Part shown: one piece after another, positions 9,869-19,675 of the stretch
Layout of the letters: the number at the start of each line of letters is the position of its first letter
How positions within the stretch are numbered: the first letter of the stretch is position 1
Assembly (NCBI GenBank): GCA_963828735.1
Contig: CAWHFW010000005.1
Span: forward strand, 704,001 to 768,000
Direction of reading: 5' to 3'
Source of the DNA: an uncultured Gemmatimonadales bacterium
GTDB taxonomy: Bacteria; Gemmatimonadota; Gemmatimonadetes; Gemmatimonadales; GWC2-71-9
DNA: 64,000 bases
Notes under the pieces: model-generated
Databases searched by the model: none
What the model was told of the DNA's origin: nothing
The model's input: only the letters and a program-made list of their open reading frames with translations
Translations under genes and position numbers: made by a program

Positions 9869-10294
9869 TCACCTTTCTTCGGCTGCGGACCTGAGAAGAA
9901 ACAACCTGCTCACCACCGCGAAGAAGAATGCCGTGGACAACCCGCACATCAGGATGCCGGTCAATCCCTCCACCGAGCCGATCAGTCGCCACTCCTTCGG
10001 CAGCACCACATCCCCGTAGCCCAACGTGGTGTAGGTGACACCTGAGAAATAGAACGATGACTCGGCATCAGGCAGACACTTCTGCCACCAGTAGAACAGT
10101 GCCCATACCGCAATCTCGGCGAGATGCAGGAGGACCAGCCACCACGCGACCTTAATGAGCAATCGGGTCACCGGCCAGAACCGCAAGTCCGGCGGAACGG
10201 ACGCCCTGCGGGGCACCAGCGCCGACATCCCCGCGGCATGAATCGTCACCGTAAGGGCCAACAGACACCAGGCGGTCAGGAGCTTCGAGATCAT
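9869..10294 (-). CDS. Small potassium-channel family protein (Ion_trans_2)
   Basis: YFSGVTYTTLGYGD pore signature. Confidence 0.85.
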   Translation of the reverse strand: MISKLLTAWCLLALTVTIHAAGMSALVPRRASVPPDLRFWPVTRLLIKVAWWLVLLHLAEIAVWALFYWWQKCLPDAESSFYFSGVTYTTLGYGDVVLPKEWRLIGSVEGLTGILMCGLSTAFFFAVVSRLFLLRSAAEER

Positions 10295-10545
10295 CGCTAC
10301 CAGGGATTGGCGATCACGCAATCTCCTCCATAATTTCGCCCCTGTCGAGGCCGCGGCTCTGGGAGCTTCACGCTTCGGCTGCGTGACTTCGGGAGCGCCA
10401 CCGATTACCTCGACGGTCTGGCACGACGCGACGTGCTGGCCGTCCACTGAGCGTGTCGCGTACTGCCAAGGGATTGTCGGCGTGAGGCACGCCGAATCGG
10501 CGACCGGATGTACACGATTGGGGAACCGGCACCAGAGCCCTTCTA

Positions 10546-10589
10546 TTTCACGTCGTGGCGCTACCCCTTTCACGTCGTGGCGCTACCCC
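10546..10589. repeat. Perfect 22 bp tandem duplication
   Basis: TTTCACGTCGTGGCGCTACCCC x2. Confidence 0.9.
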
Positions 10590-10862
10590 GCCGCGGCCCG
10601 GCCACGATCTTCCTCCGGTGGAGGTGTCGTGCCTCGGGGTCGTCGGATCCCTGGCCATCTCGGAATTGCGGAACAGGGTTCAAAATCCAGGTTCCTCGCA
10701 GGAATGACGCGCGCGCTACGGTACTGGGCGAACGATTCGCGCTAGCTGCGTGACTTCGGGGTGAGGCATGCTTTGGAACTGCCGCGCTGCCTCGGTGTGA
10801 TAAAAGAGGGGTGCACAGCGCATTCCGGGAGATCGATATTCCCGCCAGGTCCGCGTGAACGC

Positions 10863-13451
10863 TTAGAAGCCAAAGGCGGCGCCCGCCTGCACCAGCGTTC
10901 CCTCGGTCGAGGACTCCACGCCGACGGACAGTGTGTTCCGGCGGTCGAGAAAGCCGAGCCACACGCCGCCGCCGCCCCCGCTGTGCCAGCCCCCAGGCGA
11001 TTCCCCGTCCACGTAGACGCGTCCGGCACCGAGGTCCCCGTAGACGCCCCACACGGCCGGGAGCGCCAGAAACACGGTTCCCACGGTCAGTCGGAGCTGG
11101 GCCCCACCATACAGGCTCGCATCTCCGGCGAACCGCTTCGAATGGTACCCTGGCAGCGTCGACGAGCCGCCCACGAAGGCCGACTCGAAAAACGGGAACG
11201 AGCCCCAGACCTTGCGGCCGCCTGCCCGGAGCGCCAGGGTGGGGAGGCCCGGCAGTGGAGCCGTTACGAAAGCGTCGGCCCGCACCTCGCCTGCACCGTA
11301 CGTGCTCGGGACGTCCCACACGCCCGGATCCACCTCGGCATCGGCCGAGACGTGAACACCGCTCAGCGGATTCACGGGCCGGTCCCGGCTGTCGAAGTCG
11401 AGCCCCACTCGGCCTCCCACCTGTCCGAAGCCACGCCCCCCGAGCAGCGTGTCCTGGAGCGGCGCGATGAAGCGCCCGGTATTGTCGCCCGTGTGCGTGT
11501 ACCACCCGAAGACGCCGACGCTCACGTCCAGGTGTGGGGCGACCGGGACCACGAAGGCCGGCTCGGCGATGTACCGCTGCTGGCTCACGCGGTAGAAGCT
11601 GCTGTTCCCCAGGTTCGGCGTATCGTTGCCGAGTCCGTAGTAGTGGAGCGTCTCGATGCCGGAGGCCCGGAGGCGGACTCGCCAGAAATGTGAGGTGTTC
11701 TCCGGGTGGAACTCGCCGTCCAGGTCCGCCCGAAACGCTTGTGCGCCGGTGGAGTAGCCCAGCCGGCCCTGGATCTCGGAGGCGAACGGTTCACGGCGGA
11801 AGCCGTACTCGGTGCGCAGGAAGCCGAAGCCGGCAAACAGGCCGAGATCGCTGCTCGCACGTAACCAGGGCACGGGCCGCCACCAGGTGCCCCACTCCCG
11901 GGGAGGATAGCGGTTGGTGTCGCTGCCCACCCACTCCTGGTGAGGCTTCGTGTTGACGCTGACGCGGCGGCTCCCTTCGGTGGTCGTGTGCCCCGAGTCG
12001 TCGTAGAAGCGGACGTCGCCGCTCCGGGTCGAGTCCGTGAACACCTCGTCGCCGGGCCCGCCCACGACGCGCAGCCGGATGTTCGGCGTATCGGCGCCGC
12101 GCACGACCACACTGTCGTCGCCTCCCCACACCATCAGGCGGATCTCGCGGGTCTCCCGATCGTCGAACCGGCGCGCGAAGTACGGCTCGGCCTTGTCGCG
12201 GACCCGGATCGCGACATCGAGATGATGTGGGTCCATGCAGGTGATCTCCGCGACCTCGGCTGCGTCGGTGGCGCGAATCTCGACCTCGCGGGAGAGAAAC
12301 TCGTAATAGCTGAGCGCCTCGTGCTCGAGGCCGTCTCGCCGGCTCCGCAGCACCTTCGCGAGCCGCTCGCCGCCGACGGGATACATCTCCGGGGGCATCC
12401 CGCGCACGGCCGCCTCGATCGTCGAGTCGGTCAGCATGGCCTGCAGCGCGGTGGCTGTCGAGTCCCACGTGGCGCGGTCCAGCTCGACGAGGAATCGCCG
12501 GTCCACTTCACGGGCGTGCCAGTTGAGGCGGTCGTGCCTCGGGTAACTGGGTTCGAACGTGATGAGCGGCTGGTAATAGAGGCGCGCCAGGTCAAGGCCG
12601 ATCCCGTCGAGCTGCACGAAGGCCTCGTCATGGTCGCGCGAGATCGGCTGCCAGAGGGTCGGGTGGCCCTTCTCGAACGACGCCCAGCGGAACTGGTCTC
12701 GGTGCCGGTCGCGGTCGCCCATGAAGATGTCCATGAGCCGAGCGCGGAGGAACGCCCGCGCGTCCACGCGGCTGTCCGGGCTGGCGTCGATCCGCTGAAA
12801 GAGCTTGGTCGGCGAGATCACCTTCCGTGGGCCACCCGTCGTGTCCTCCGCGTTCGCGTCGGGCCGCTCCTCGATCAGACCGAGCACGCCCTTGAAATCC
12901 GATCGGAACTCGCCGAGGGCGGGATCGTCGGGGAGGACGGCGAGGGTCTGCGGATCGACCAGCACACCGACGGCCTCCAGCAGCCCGGTGGCCACGAGCG
13001 GCGCCGCGGGAAACGACGCGCTGACGCCGTCCTGCAGTGACTTGGCGTACGCGGAGCCGCGGAGCTCCGGGACGAGCGCCGCCGTCGGGTCCTTGTCCAC
13101 CGCGCGGAACTGGTATTGGTGCCCGTTCGCCCCGGTGAATCGGAGCGATTTCGTCTGGCTGCCCGTGTGGGCCGACACCGGGGTCAGCCCACCGGCGAAC
13201 TGACGGAGATCCAGGACGCGGACCCGGATCGGCGTGGTCCAGAGATCCCGGTAGTGCCGCCCGGCGAATGCCACGCCCAGTCCACCCTTGGCGTACCGGG
13301 CTCCCGGGGTCATGACGACGAAACTGTCCGCCCAGCGCGGCGGCTCCGGTGTGAGAGGGCTCGACTCTTGGGCCGCGATGCCGGTTGCATGAAGGGAGAC
13401 TAGTACCGGACCAACGATCATGGTCCACGTGCGGCGGGGTTTCCAGTTCAT
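10863..13451 (-). CDS. BamA/TamA (Omp85) family outer-membrane protein with large N-terminal domain
   Basis: Signal peptide; DFDSRDRPVNP, LPGYHSKRFAGD barrel motifs; terminal GF. Confidence 0.85.
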   Translation of the reverse strand: MNWKPRRTWTMIVGPVLVSLHATGIAAQESSPLTPEPPRWADSFVVMTPGARYAKGGLGVAFAGRHYRDLWTTPIRVRVLDLRQFAGGLTPVSAHTGSQTKSLRFTGANGHQYQFRAVDKDPTAALVPELRGSAYAKSLQDGVSASFPAAPLVATGLLEAVGVLVDPQTLAVLPDDPALGEFRSDFKGVLGLIEERPDANAEDTTGGPRKVISPTKLFQRIDASPDSRVDARAFLRARLMDIFMGDRDRHRDQFRWASFEKGHPTLWQPISRDHDEAFVQLDGIGLDLARLYYQPLITFEPSYPRHDRLNWHAREVDRRFLVELDRATWDSTATALQAMLTDSTIEAAVRGMPPEMYPVGGERLAKVLRSRRDGLEHEALSYYEFLSREVEIRATDAAEVAEITCMDPHHLDVAIRVRDKAEPYFARRFDDRETREIRLMVWGGDDSVVVRGADTPNIRLRVVGGPGDEVFTDSTRSGDVRFYDDSGHTTTEGSRRVSVNTKPHQEWVGSDTNRYPPREWGTWWRPVPWLRASSDLGLFAGFGFLRTEYGFRREPFASEIQGRLGYSTGAQAFRADLDGEFHPENTSHFWRVRLRASGIETLHYYGLGNDTPNLGNSSFYRVSQQRYIAEPAFVVPVAPHLDVSVGVFGWYTHTGDNTGRFIAPLQDTLLGGRGFGQVGGRVGLDFDSRDRPVNPLSGVHVSADAEVDPGVWDVPSTYGAGEVRADAFVTAPLPGLPTLALRAGGRKVWGSFPFFESAFVGGSSTLPGYHSKRFAGDASLYGGAQLRLTVGTVFLALPAVWGVYGDLGAGRVYVDGESPGGWHSGGGGGVWLGFLDRRNTLSVGVESSTEGTLVQAGAAFGF

Positions 13452-14145
13452 CGCGATGCCCCTTCTGTCACATGCTCGCGCGACGCCCGTCCTCTATTGT
13501 GCTGCGCGCGCATCGTGGCCTTCAGCGACATGCCAATCGATATTGCGCCACCTGCCCGGCCTCAACATGGCAAGAAATTACGGTGGTGGTACCATCCTAC
13601 TGCCTGGCGCCGGGAGGTCAACTGACAAAAGAGCCGCCGCCGGTCGAACATCGCCCCTCGACGTTGCACGTCCTGATGATCCATTCTGTTTCTCCTTCAC
13701 TGCCGGCTGCCGGATCCCGCCACGCTGTTGCCGCTGAGGCATGCCGCCAGCCGCTCCGGAGCCCGCGCGTACCGCACACGCTGGTAGCCTTCCATCAGCC
13801 GCGCGACCTGCACGATCTCGTCAGCGACCTGATTCAGATCGGCGCTCGCACCGACGTGCTGCTGCCGCGCTTCGAGGCCTGCAGAAGCTGCGCCTGCGAT
13901 CGCGCGAATCGATGCGAGCGATAGGGCGGCCTTTAGAGATTTCAGGAGAAGACGCGGAAGCGGCACCACCTCGACGGTTGGGGCCGCTGAAGAAGGGCTC
14001 TGGTCCCTGCACACTTCCGAATGGTGCTTTGTGGGGGTATGGCTGTGTCCGGTCTGTGGGCGCCCAGGTGACTCCAGGCAAGGGACCACCGTCCCTCATG
14101 TAGCTCGATGCCTCGATCCCCTCACCTGGTAGGGCTTCGCCCTAG

Positions 14146-14619
14146 TCACGGCCCCGCGGCAGATGGGGCCCCAGAACGGGCGAGAAGCCGGTCATCACCA
14201 CCGCCGTGATAGCTCCAGCCGATGACACCGCCGTAGAGCAGGTGGCCGAGCAGGCTGCCGGTGATCAGCTCGAGGTCGCCTCGTGAGAAAAGCCCCCCGC
14301 CGACCAGCGGCATGAATACGACTTGGGCCACGACGAAGACCATCGCCCCGTACACCGCTCCGCGCACCACGGGCGGCCCGGGAAGGCGTGCGTCGAAGGC
14401 CGCGGCGTAGATCACCGCCAGCACCACGCCGATGCCGAAGTGGAGGCACCAGCCGAGCGCCGGGCCTACTGCCAGGTGCGCAGTCGTGAGGCCGAGCGAG
14501 GTGCTCAGAACCTGACCCATCGCGATCTTCGGCAGGCCGATCGACGGCTCCACCAGGAGCAGCGCCGTCATGGCCGCAGTGCCGACCAGGCCGGCGACCG
14601 CCGCGCGCCCGACGTTCAT
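14146..14619 (-). CDS. Four-TM membrane protein (DUF6789/DUF2938-like)
   Basis: GLVGTAAMT, GWCLHFGIG, GHLLYGG with two TM His; GAGGAAAGGGGG RBS. Confidence 0.7.
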   Translation of the reverse strand: MNVGRAAVAGLVGTAAMTALLLVEPSIGLPKIAMGQVLSTSLGLTTAHLAVGPALGWCLHFGIGVVLAVIYAAAFDARLPGPPVVRGAVYGAMVFVVAQVVFMPLVGGGLFSRGDLELITGSLLGHLLYGGVIGWSYHGGGDDRLLARSGAPSAAGP

Positions 14620-14641
14620 CGTCCCCCCTTTCCTCGCTGCG

Positions 14642-15037
14642 TCAAGGCTTGGCCATCCCGTGGCTCACGGCGTACACGTAGGACGCGACCAGGAAGACCT
14701 GCGACTCCTCGATGCCCCCTGGGTGCGGCACCATGAGCGTGCCCGCCAGTCCGTTGTCCACCCGCTCGATGATCGCCGAATAGGTGCCGTCGATGTGCCG
14801 CCACGACTTACCGGTCAGTGCCGGCGCGACCGGACCGCCCTGCAGCTTGTCGCCGTGACAGCCGAAGCAGGTGCCCTTGCCGTGAAAGATCTTCCGACCC
14901 GCGTCGATCATCGGCGTGGTGAGCATCGTGCTGTCCGGCACGGGGCCACGCGCGCTGTCGGCGGTCTGCGCCCGCGCATGCCGCGCCCCAAGGGACAGCG
15001 CCCCGGTCACCAGCAGGAGCCGCAGTGCTCGGCTCAT
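14642..15037 (-). CDS. Periplasmic monoheme cytochrome c
   Basis: Signal peptide, CFGCH heme motif, candidate distal Met in LMVP. Confidence 0.85.
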   Translation of the reverse strand: MSRALRLLLVTGALSLGARHARAQTADSARGPVPDSTMLTTPMIDAGRKIFHGKGTCFGCHGDKLQGGPVAPALTGKSWRHIDGTYSAIIERVDNGLAGTLMVPHPGGIEESQVFLVASYVYAVSHGMAKP

Positions 15038-15212
15038 CGGGCCCACCTCGGAAATGGAATCGGGAGCTTCGCTCACATACTTGCGCCCGCCCGCACTGGA
15101 GACAAGGGTCCCGGTGCGGACAGATTGTCCCCGACCAAAGATTCAAAAGTCCTTCATCCTGTCTTCATCGACGTGGCCCAACCGTAGAGCACCTCATCCC
15201 TCGGCGGTTCCC

Positions 15213-16589
15213 ATGCCTGCGAAGCACCGGCTGGTCCCCGTGCTCCTCTGCGTCCTCGCTTCCCCGCTGTCCGCGACGGACGATCTCGGTGATCTCGCCC
15301 GCGCCTATGTGGCCGCGCACACCACCGCTCACCTCCGCCTTCCCAGCTACGCCCGCCAGACCGGGCTCGCGTGCAGCGCCTGTCACTATCAGTTCCTTAT
15401 GCTCACGCCGTTCGGCCGCAAGTTCAAGCTGAACGGGTACACGCTCACCAACCTGATGACGATCAACGAGAAGGATTCCACCAACGGTGGCCGGCTGAGC
15501 CTTTCACCGGTCTCCCTGCTTTCCGGGATGGTGACCGCCGGCTACACCCGCATCAAGGACGACCTGCCGGATACGCAGAACGGTGCCGCTGCGCTGCCCC
15601 AGGAGCTGAGCGGCTTTCTCGCGGGACGCATCAGCTCGAACATGGGGATGTTCTCGCAGTTCACCTACTCGGGCGCCGACGGCGCATTCGGGATCGACAA
15701 CGTGGATATCCGGTTCGCCGACAAAACGTCGATCGGCAGCACCGAGCTGACCTACGGGGCGACGCTCAACAACAGCCCCTCGGTGCAGGATCTGTGGAAC
15801 ACGACCCCGGTGTGGGGCTACCCGTTCATCGGCTCGGATGCCGCGCCGGGCGGCGCCGCCGGCACGCTGATCGACGAGGGGCTGGCGCAGAACGTTCTCG
15901 GGCTTGGCGGGTATGCGATGCTGGCGAACCACGTGTACGGTGAGGTGTCGTTCTACCGGTCTGCCCTGCAGGGCTCGGCAGCGCCGACCTCGGAAACCGG
16001 GGCGATCCACGGCGTGGCCCCGTACTGGCGCCTCGCGCTCCAGCAGGAGTGGGAGCACCGCTACCTGATGATCGGCACCTTCGGGCTGCACGGGAGCCTG
16101 TTCCCCGACGTGCTGAGCGGTCCGCGGGACACCTACAGCGATGTGGGCGCCGACGCACAGTTCGAGACAGCCGCCGGCAGCGGGAACGTCGTGTTGCGAG
16201 GCTCGTACGTCCACGAAGACCAGACGCTGGACGCGACCGCGGCAGCCGGCGGGGCGGACAACGTGAAGAACTCGCTCGAGGTCCTACGGTTCAATGCGAG
16301 CTGGTATCCGAACCAGTGGCTCGGCCTGAGCGGCGGGTACTTCGATACGCAGGGCACCACCGACGCCGGGCTGTACGCGCCCGGCCCCGTGGACGGCAGC
16401 GCCAGCGGGAGCCCCAAGACCGACGGGTTCGTCGGGGAAGTCGACCTGAACCCGTGGGAGAACACGCGGGTGGGACTCCAGTACATCGCCTATTCCAACT
16501 TCAACGGCGGGAAGACGGACTACGACGGGTCCGACCGGAGCGCGTCGGGGAACAACACGTTGTTCGCGTTCGCATGGCTGGCCTTCTGA
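15213..16589 (+). CDS. Cyc2-like outer-membrane cytochrome c-porin fusion
   Basis: LPSYARQTGLACSACH..LTPFGRKFKLNGY N-terminus followed by a beta-strand-rich region ending FAWLAF. Confidence 0.8.
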   Translation: MPAKHRLVPVLLCVLASPLSATDDLGDLARAYVAAHTTAHLRLPSYARQTGLACSACHYQFLMLTPFGRKFKLNGYTLTNLMTINEKDSTNGGRLSLSPVSLLSGMVTAGYTRIKDDLPDTQNGAAALPQELSGFLAGRISSNMGMFSQFTYSGADGAFGIDNVDIRFADKTSIGSTELTYGATLNNSPSVQDLWNTTPVWGYPFIGSDAAPGGAAGTLIDEGLAQNVLGLGGYAMLANHVYGEVSFYRSALQGSAAPTSETGAIHGVAPYWRLALQQEWEHRYLMIGTFGLHGSLFPDVLSGPRDTYSDVGADAQFETAAGSGNVVLRGSYVHEDQTLDATAAAGGADNVKNSLEVLRFNASWYPNQWLGLSGGYFDTQGTTDAGLYAPGPVDGSASGSPKTDGFVGEVDLNPWENTRVGLQYIAYSNFNGGKTDYDGSDRSASGNNTLFAFAWLAF

Positions 16590-16873
16590 TATCCGGCCGG
16601 CGTTCTGATCGGTGGTTTGCTCAGGGACCTGCCACGCGCAGGTCCCGCGGCATATGCGGCCCGGAGAGCAGCGACGCGCACGCTCGCCAGCGCCCTGCCT
16701 CCGAGTCGCCTCCGGTCCTCGCCACCCAAGCGGCGACGAGGTCCTTTGCTTGCTGTCCAGAGCCATCGAAGGGTTCAAAATGAGGAACACTAAACGAGGC
16801 TCAGCGGGGCTTCTACGCGTTGCCAGCGCCACCGTAAGGAGCTCGCGGTAGCCTGATCATCTTCCGCGAACCA

Positions 16874-16900
16874 AAGGCGCCCGGCCTGGGCGCCTTCTTC
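16874..16900. terminator. Hairpin, possible intrinsic terminator
   Basis: AAGGCGCCC-GGCCT-GGGCGCCTT followed by CTTCT. Confidence 0.45.
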
Positions 16901-16964
16901 TGATTCGGGCGTTGACAGAGGGCTAAACTGGACCATCAAACTAGGCCACAAAAAGCTAAGTCTA

Positions 16965-17008
16965 TGAGGGCGGTGGGGCTCGAACCCACGACCTAGGGAT
17001 TAAAAGTC
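16965..17008 (-). repeat. tRNA-Lys 3' fragment (att site)
   Basis: 16962-17008 identical to 50113-50159 (47 bp); similarity continues about 30 bp past the tRNA 3' end. Confidence 0.92.
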
Positions 17009-17427
17009 ACGGGCTAGTCGGTGAGCCCTGTTCACCTTCGTTTGCTTGAATGTTGCTGTGACACAACTTAGTCGCAAGCGCTGTAGCCCTGAGAATGGCC
17101 CTGAGCGCCCCAGGTCCGCTGACTCTGCACACAAGTGTGCACACAAGATCGACTCGGCAAGCGTGACAGCTTGGGGTTCGCCCACCGTGCGAGCAGCCCG
17201 GGTTAGGCTGCTCAGATGAGCCCCCTCGCGAGCTGAAAGCCTGAGTGAGTGTTGCGAGCCTCTCGATTCGCTTGCTGACTCACTCCCGCCACTCACACCG
17301 CCTAAGACGCGAAGTCCGGTACGACGGAGGCCTTGCCGGGCTCGAAAGCCAGCAACTCCAGCATGGGGTGACGCGAATTCGGCGTAAAGGTCAGCAAGTT
17401 GCTGAGTTTGGGCGGTTACAACGGCCC

Positions 17428-17469
17428 CTCTGGATCAGGAGAGTGCCGGGTCCGAGCGAAGGAGGAGCA
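17428..17469 (+). pseudogene. Degenerate tRNA-Gln(CUG) 3' half
   Basis: CTCTGGATCAGGAGAGT then a decayed T arm; inverted relative to 18585-18626. Confidence 0.65.
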
Positions 17470-17633
17470 TTGGCCGGCGCTGTTGCGCCGGCAATTCGTC
17501 TCAGCCTGCGGGCCGAGCCGACGAGGGTCAAATCGAGCCGGACTTTGCCGTACTTTCCTCACTCAAATGTTCGACTTTGCACGTCTCACCGACGTAACAG
17601 TACCAGGCCCGAGGACCCGATAAGAGGACCACC

Positions 17634-18491
17634 ATGAGCAAGGTCTGGTTTATCACTGGAGCCGGCAGCGGCATCGGTGCCGGCGTTGCCAGGGCCGCTC
17701 TCAAGGCGGGGCACCGGGTCGTGGCGACGGGCCGGAACATGGAGAAGCTGAGCGGCGCCTTCGCCAACCTCGCCAGCGACGACCTGCTGCTCGAGCGGCT
17801 AGACGTCACCAGCGAGACGGAGGCGAAGCGGGCCGCTGATGTTGCCGTCGCCCGGTTCGGTCGCATCGACGTCTTGGTGAACAACGCCGGCTACAGCCTG
17901 CTCGGCAACTTCGAGGAGTGCACCACCGAGCAGATCGAGCGGCAGTTCGAGCCGAACTTCTGGGGCGTCGTGCACATGATGCGCGCCGTACTCCCGATCA
18001 TGCGCCGCCAACGCTCGGGCCACATCATCAACATCTCCTCCGTGGCCGGCGTCGTGGGTCAAGGAGCCGTGGCGGCCTACGGAGCGAGCAAGTTCGCAGT
18101 CGAGGGGCTCTCGCTCGCGGTTGCGCAGGAGATCGAGCGGTTCGGCATCAAGGTCACTGTGGTCGAGCCGGGCTTCTTCCGGACTGGCCTCCTCGACCCA
18201 TCATCAGTCGAGTGGAGCAGCGAGCACATCGACGACTACGGGCCCGCGGGCAACATCGCGGCCGCGTGGTCGGTCTACGACGGTCAGCAACCCAATGACC
18301 CGGCGGCCCTTGGCGAGGCGCTGGTCCAGATCGCCGACATGGAGCACCCGCCCAAGGTCTTCGCCGCAGGGGGCGACGCCCTCGACGCAATCACGCCGGT
18401 GGTGGAGGCTCGACTCGCGGAGCTCCGGGGCCACGCCGATCTCTCCAAGGCGGCGGGCGGCACGTTCACTCCCGCAGGCTCGGCGTCCTGA
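17634..18491 (+). CDS. SDR family oxidoreductase
   Basis: TGAGSGIG, NNAG, YGASK; GAGGA RBS. Confidence 0.92.
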   Translation: MSKVWFITGAGSGIGAGVARAALKAGHRVVATGRNMEKLSGAFANLASDDLLLERLDVTSETEAKRAADVAVARFGRIDVLVNNAGYSLLGNFEECTTEQIERQFEPNFWGVVHMMRAVLPIMRRQRSGHIINISSVAGVVGQGAVAAYGASKFAVEGLSLAVAQEIERFGIKVTVVEPGFFRTGLLDPSSVEWSSEHIDDYGPAGNIAAAWSVYDGQQPNDPAALGEALVQIADMEHPPKVFAAGGDALDAITPVVEARLAELRGHADLSKAAGGTFTPAGSAS

Positions 18492-18544
18492 GCAGCGGGA
18501 ACAACATTGTCGGCAAGGTCCTTGTCATGACGGCCTCAAAATAG

Positions 18545-18582
18545 GAAAGCGCCGCCACCGGGAAATCCGATGCGGCGCTTTC
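18545..18582 (-). terminator. 11 bp stem hairpin after the tRNA-Gln fragment
   Basis: GAAAGCGCCGC...GCGGCGCTTTC. Confidence 0.6.
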
Positions 18583-18584
18583 AG

Positions 18585-18626
18585 TTGCCCCTCCTGGGCT
18601 CGAACCAGGACTCTCCTGATCCAGAG
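18585..18626 (-). pseudogene. tRNA-Gln(CUG) 3' half (att-like)
   Basis: CTCTGGA TCAGG AGAGT CCTGG TTCGAGC CCAGG AGGGGCA A: anticodon loop to discriminator, no D arm upstream. Confidence 0.8.
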
Positions 18627-18969
18627 GGGCGATCGAAACCGCAGGTTTTTGAGCAACTTGCACCTTCACTGCGAGATCGTGTCACCCTTTGCTCAGCTCT
18701 GCCTTTCACTCGAATACATGTTGCAAAGATTCCGGCTTAGAGCTGCTTGCGTCTGGAGCGATCTTCTTAAGCCTGATGAGTTGCTGGACGGTACCTGCTG
18801 ACGTCATAAGCCTAAAGCCGAAGCAGCATCTGCGGCGCTCTGGATCTGGCTCCGGCCTGCCCGGACAGGGCTTCCTCTTGGCAGGGGGCTGCCTCCACCA
18901 ACGGAATTCCGCACGAGAGGTAGGGGTAATGGCAATCCTACCAGCGTTCATGCGCTTTTGCCCTTCCTT

Positions 18970-19647
18970 CTAAAAAGATCGGGGCTCAATGCCCGCGCGA
19001 CGCAAACGCCCTTCGCGGTCATTCCGGTTCATTTCTTCCGTCGCAAACGGGTAGCGGGAATTCGGACTGGCGAGTGGGCCACCAAGGGCGATGCGCTGCA
19101 TGATCACACCGGCGAAGAAGCCGAGATAGAGGATCCCAAAGACCAAGTCCCACCATCGGACCGCGCCCCGGCTGAAGACTTCCATGAAGTACAAAATGGC
19201 CAGCGGCACATGACCGAATATGACCGCCACGAGGCCCGGGTTGTACCAGGTCTTTAACTTGGAATTGATGATGACTCCATGGACGATCACCTGACCTACG
19301 AGTCCGAACAGCATCTGTCCGAAACCCAGCCAGAGCACGCGCGGGAGCAGCACCGGTACAAGGTAGAACACCCAACCAAGCACGTTGATGAATGCCGCAT
19401 TGTTCTGGTTGAGAGGATAGCGATCAGGCGGACCGCCCGGTTTCGGCGTCAATACTTCGTTGCAGATCCAGGGAAAGCCGCCGGGCCAGGCATACTCCTC
19501 GAACTGATGGAGAATCAGAACGATAAAATTCAACGCAAGGAGTTTCTGCACCCAAACGATGTCATTCCATTGCCACGCCAGCCACACGGCCATCACGGCC
19601 GCAGGAATCAAGCCCAGGCTATACCAGTGTCTTCGAAATACGTTCAT
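18970..19647 (-). CDS. HXXEE domain membrane protein
   Basis: LHQFEEY..PGGF, WYNPGL. Confidence 0.88.
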   Translation of the reverse strand: MNVFRRHWYSLGLIPAAVMAVWLAWQWNDIVWVQKLLALNFIVLILHQFEEYAWPGGFPWICNEVLTPKPGGPPDRYPLNQNNAAFINVLGWVFYLVPVLLPRVLWLGFGQMLFGLVGQVIVHGVIINSKLKTWYNPGLVAVIFGHVPLAILYFMEVFSRGAVRWWDLVFGILYLGFFAGVIMQRIALGGPLASPNSRYPFATEEMNRNDREGRLRRAGIEPRSF

Positions 19648-19675
19648 GTGCTTTTGATTCGCTTTCGCAGGACGG

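Noticed and set aside
13697..13900. Possible C-terminal gene remnant (HVGASADLNQVADEIVQV...)
   Set aside because: Looks protein-like but has no credible start and I cannot assign a family.
18585..18626. Functional tRNA-Gln
   Set aside because: No 5' acceptor strand or D arm upstream; fragment only.
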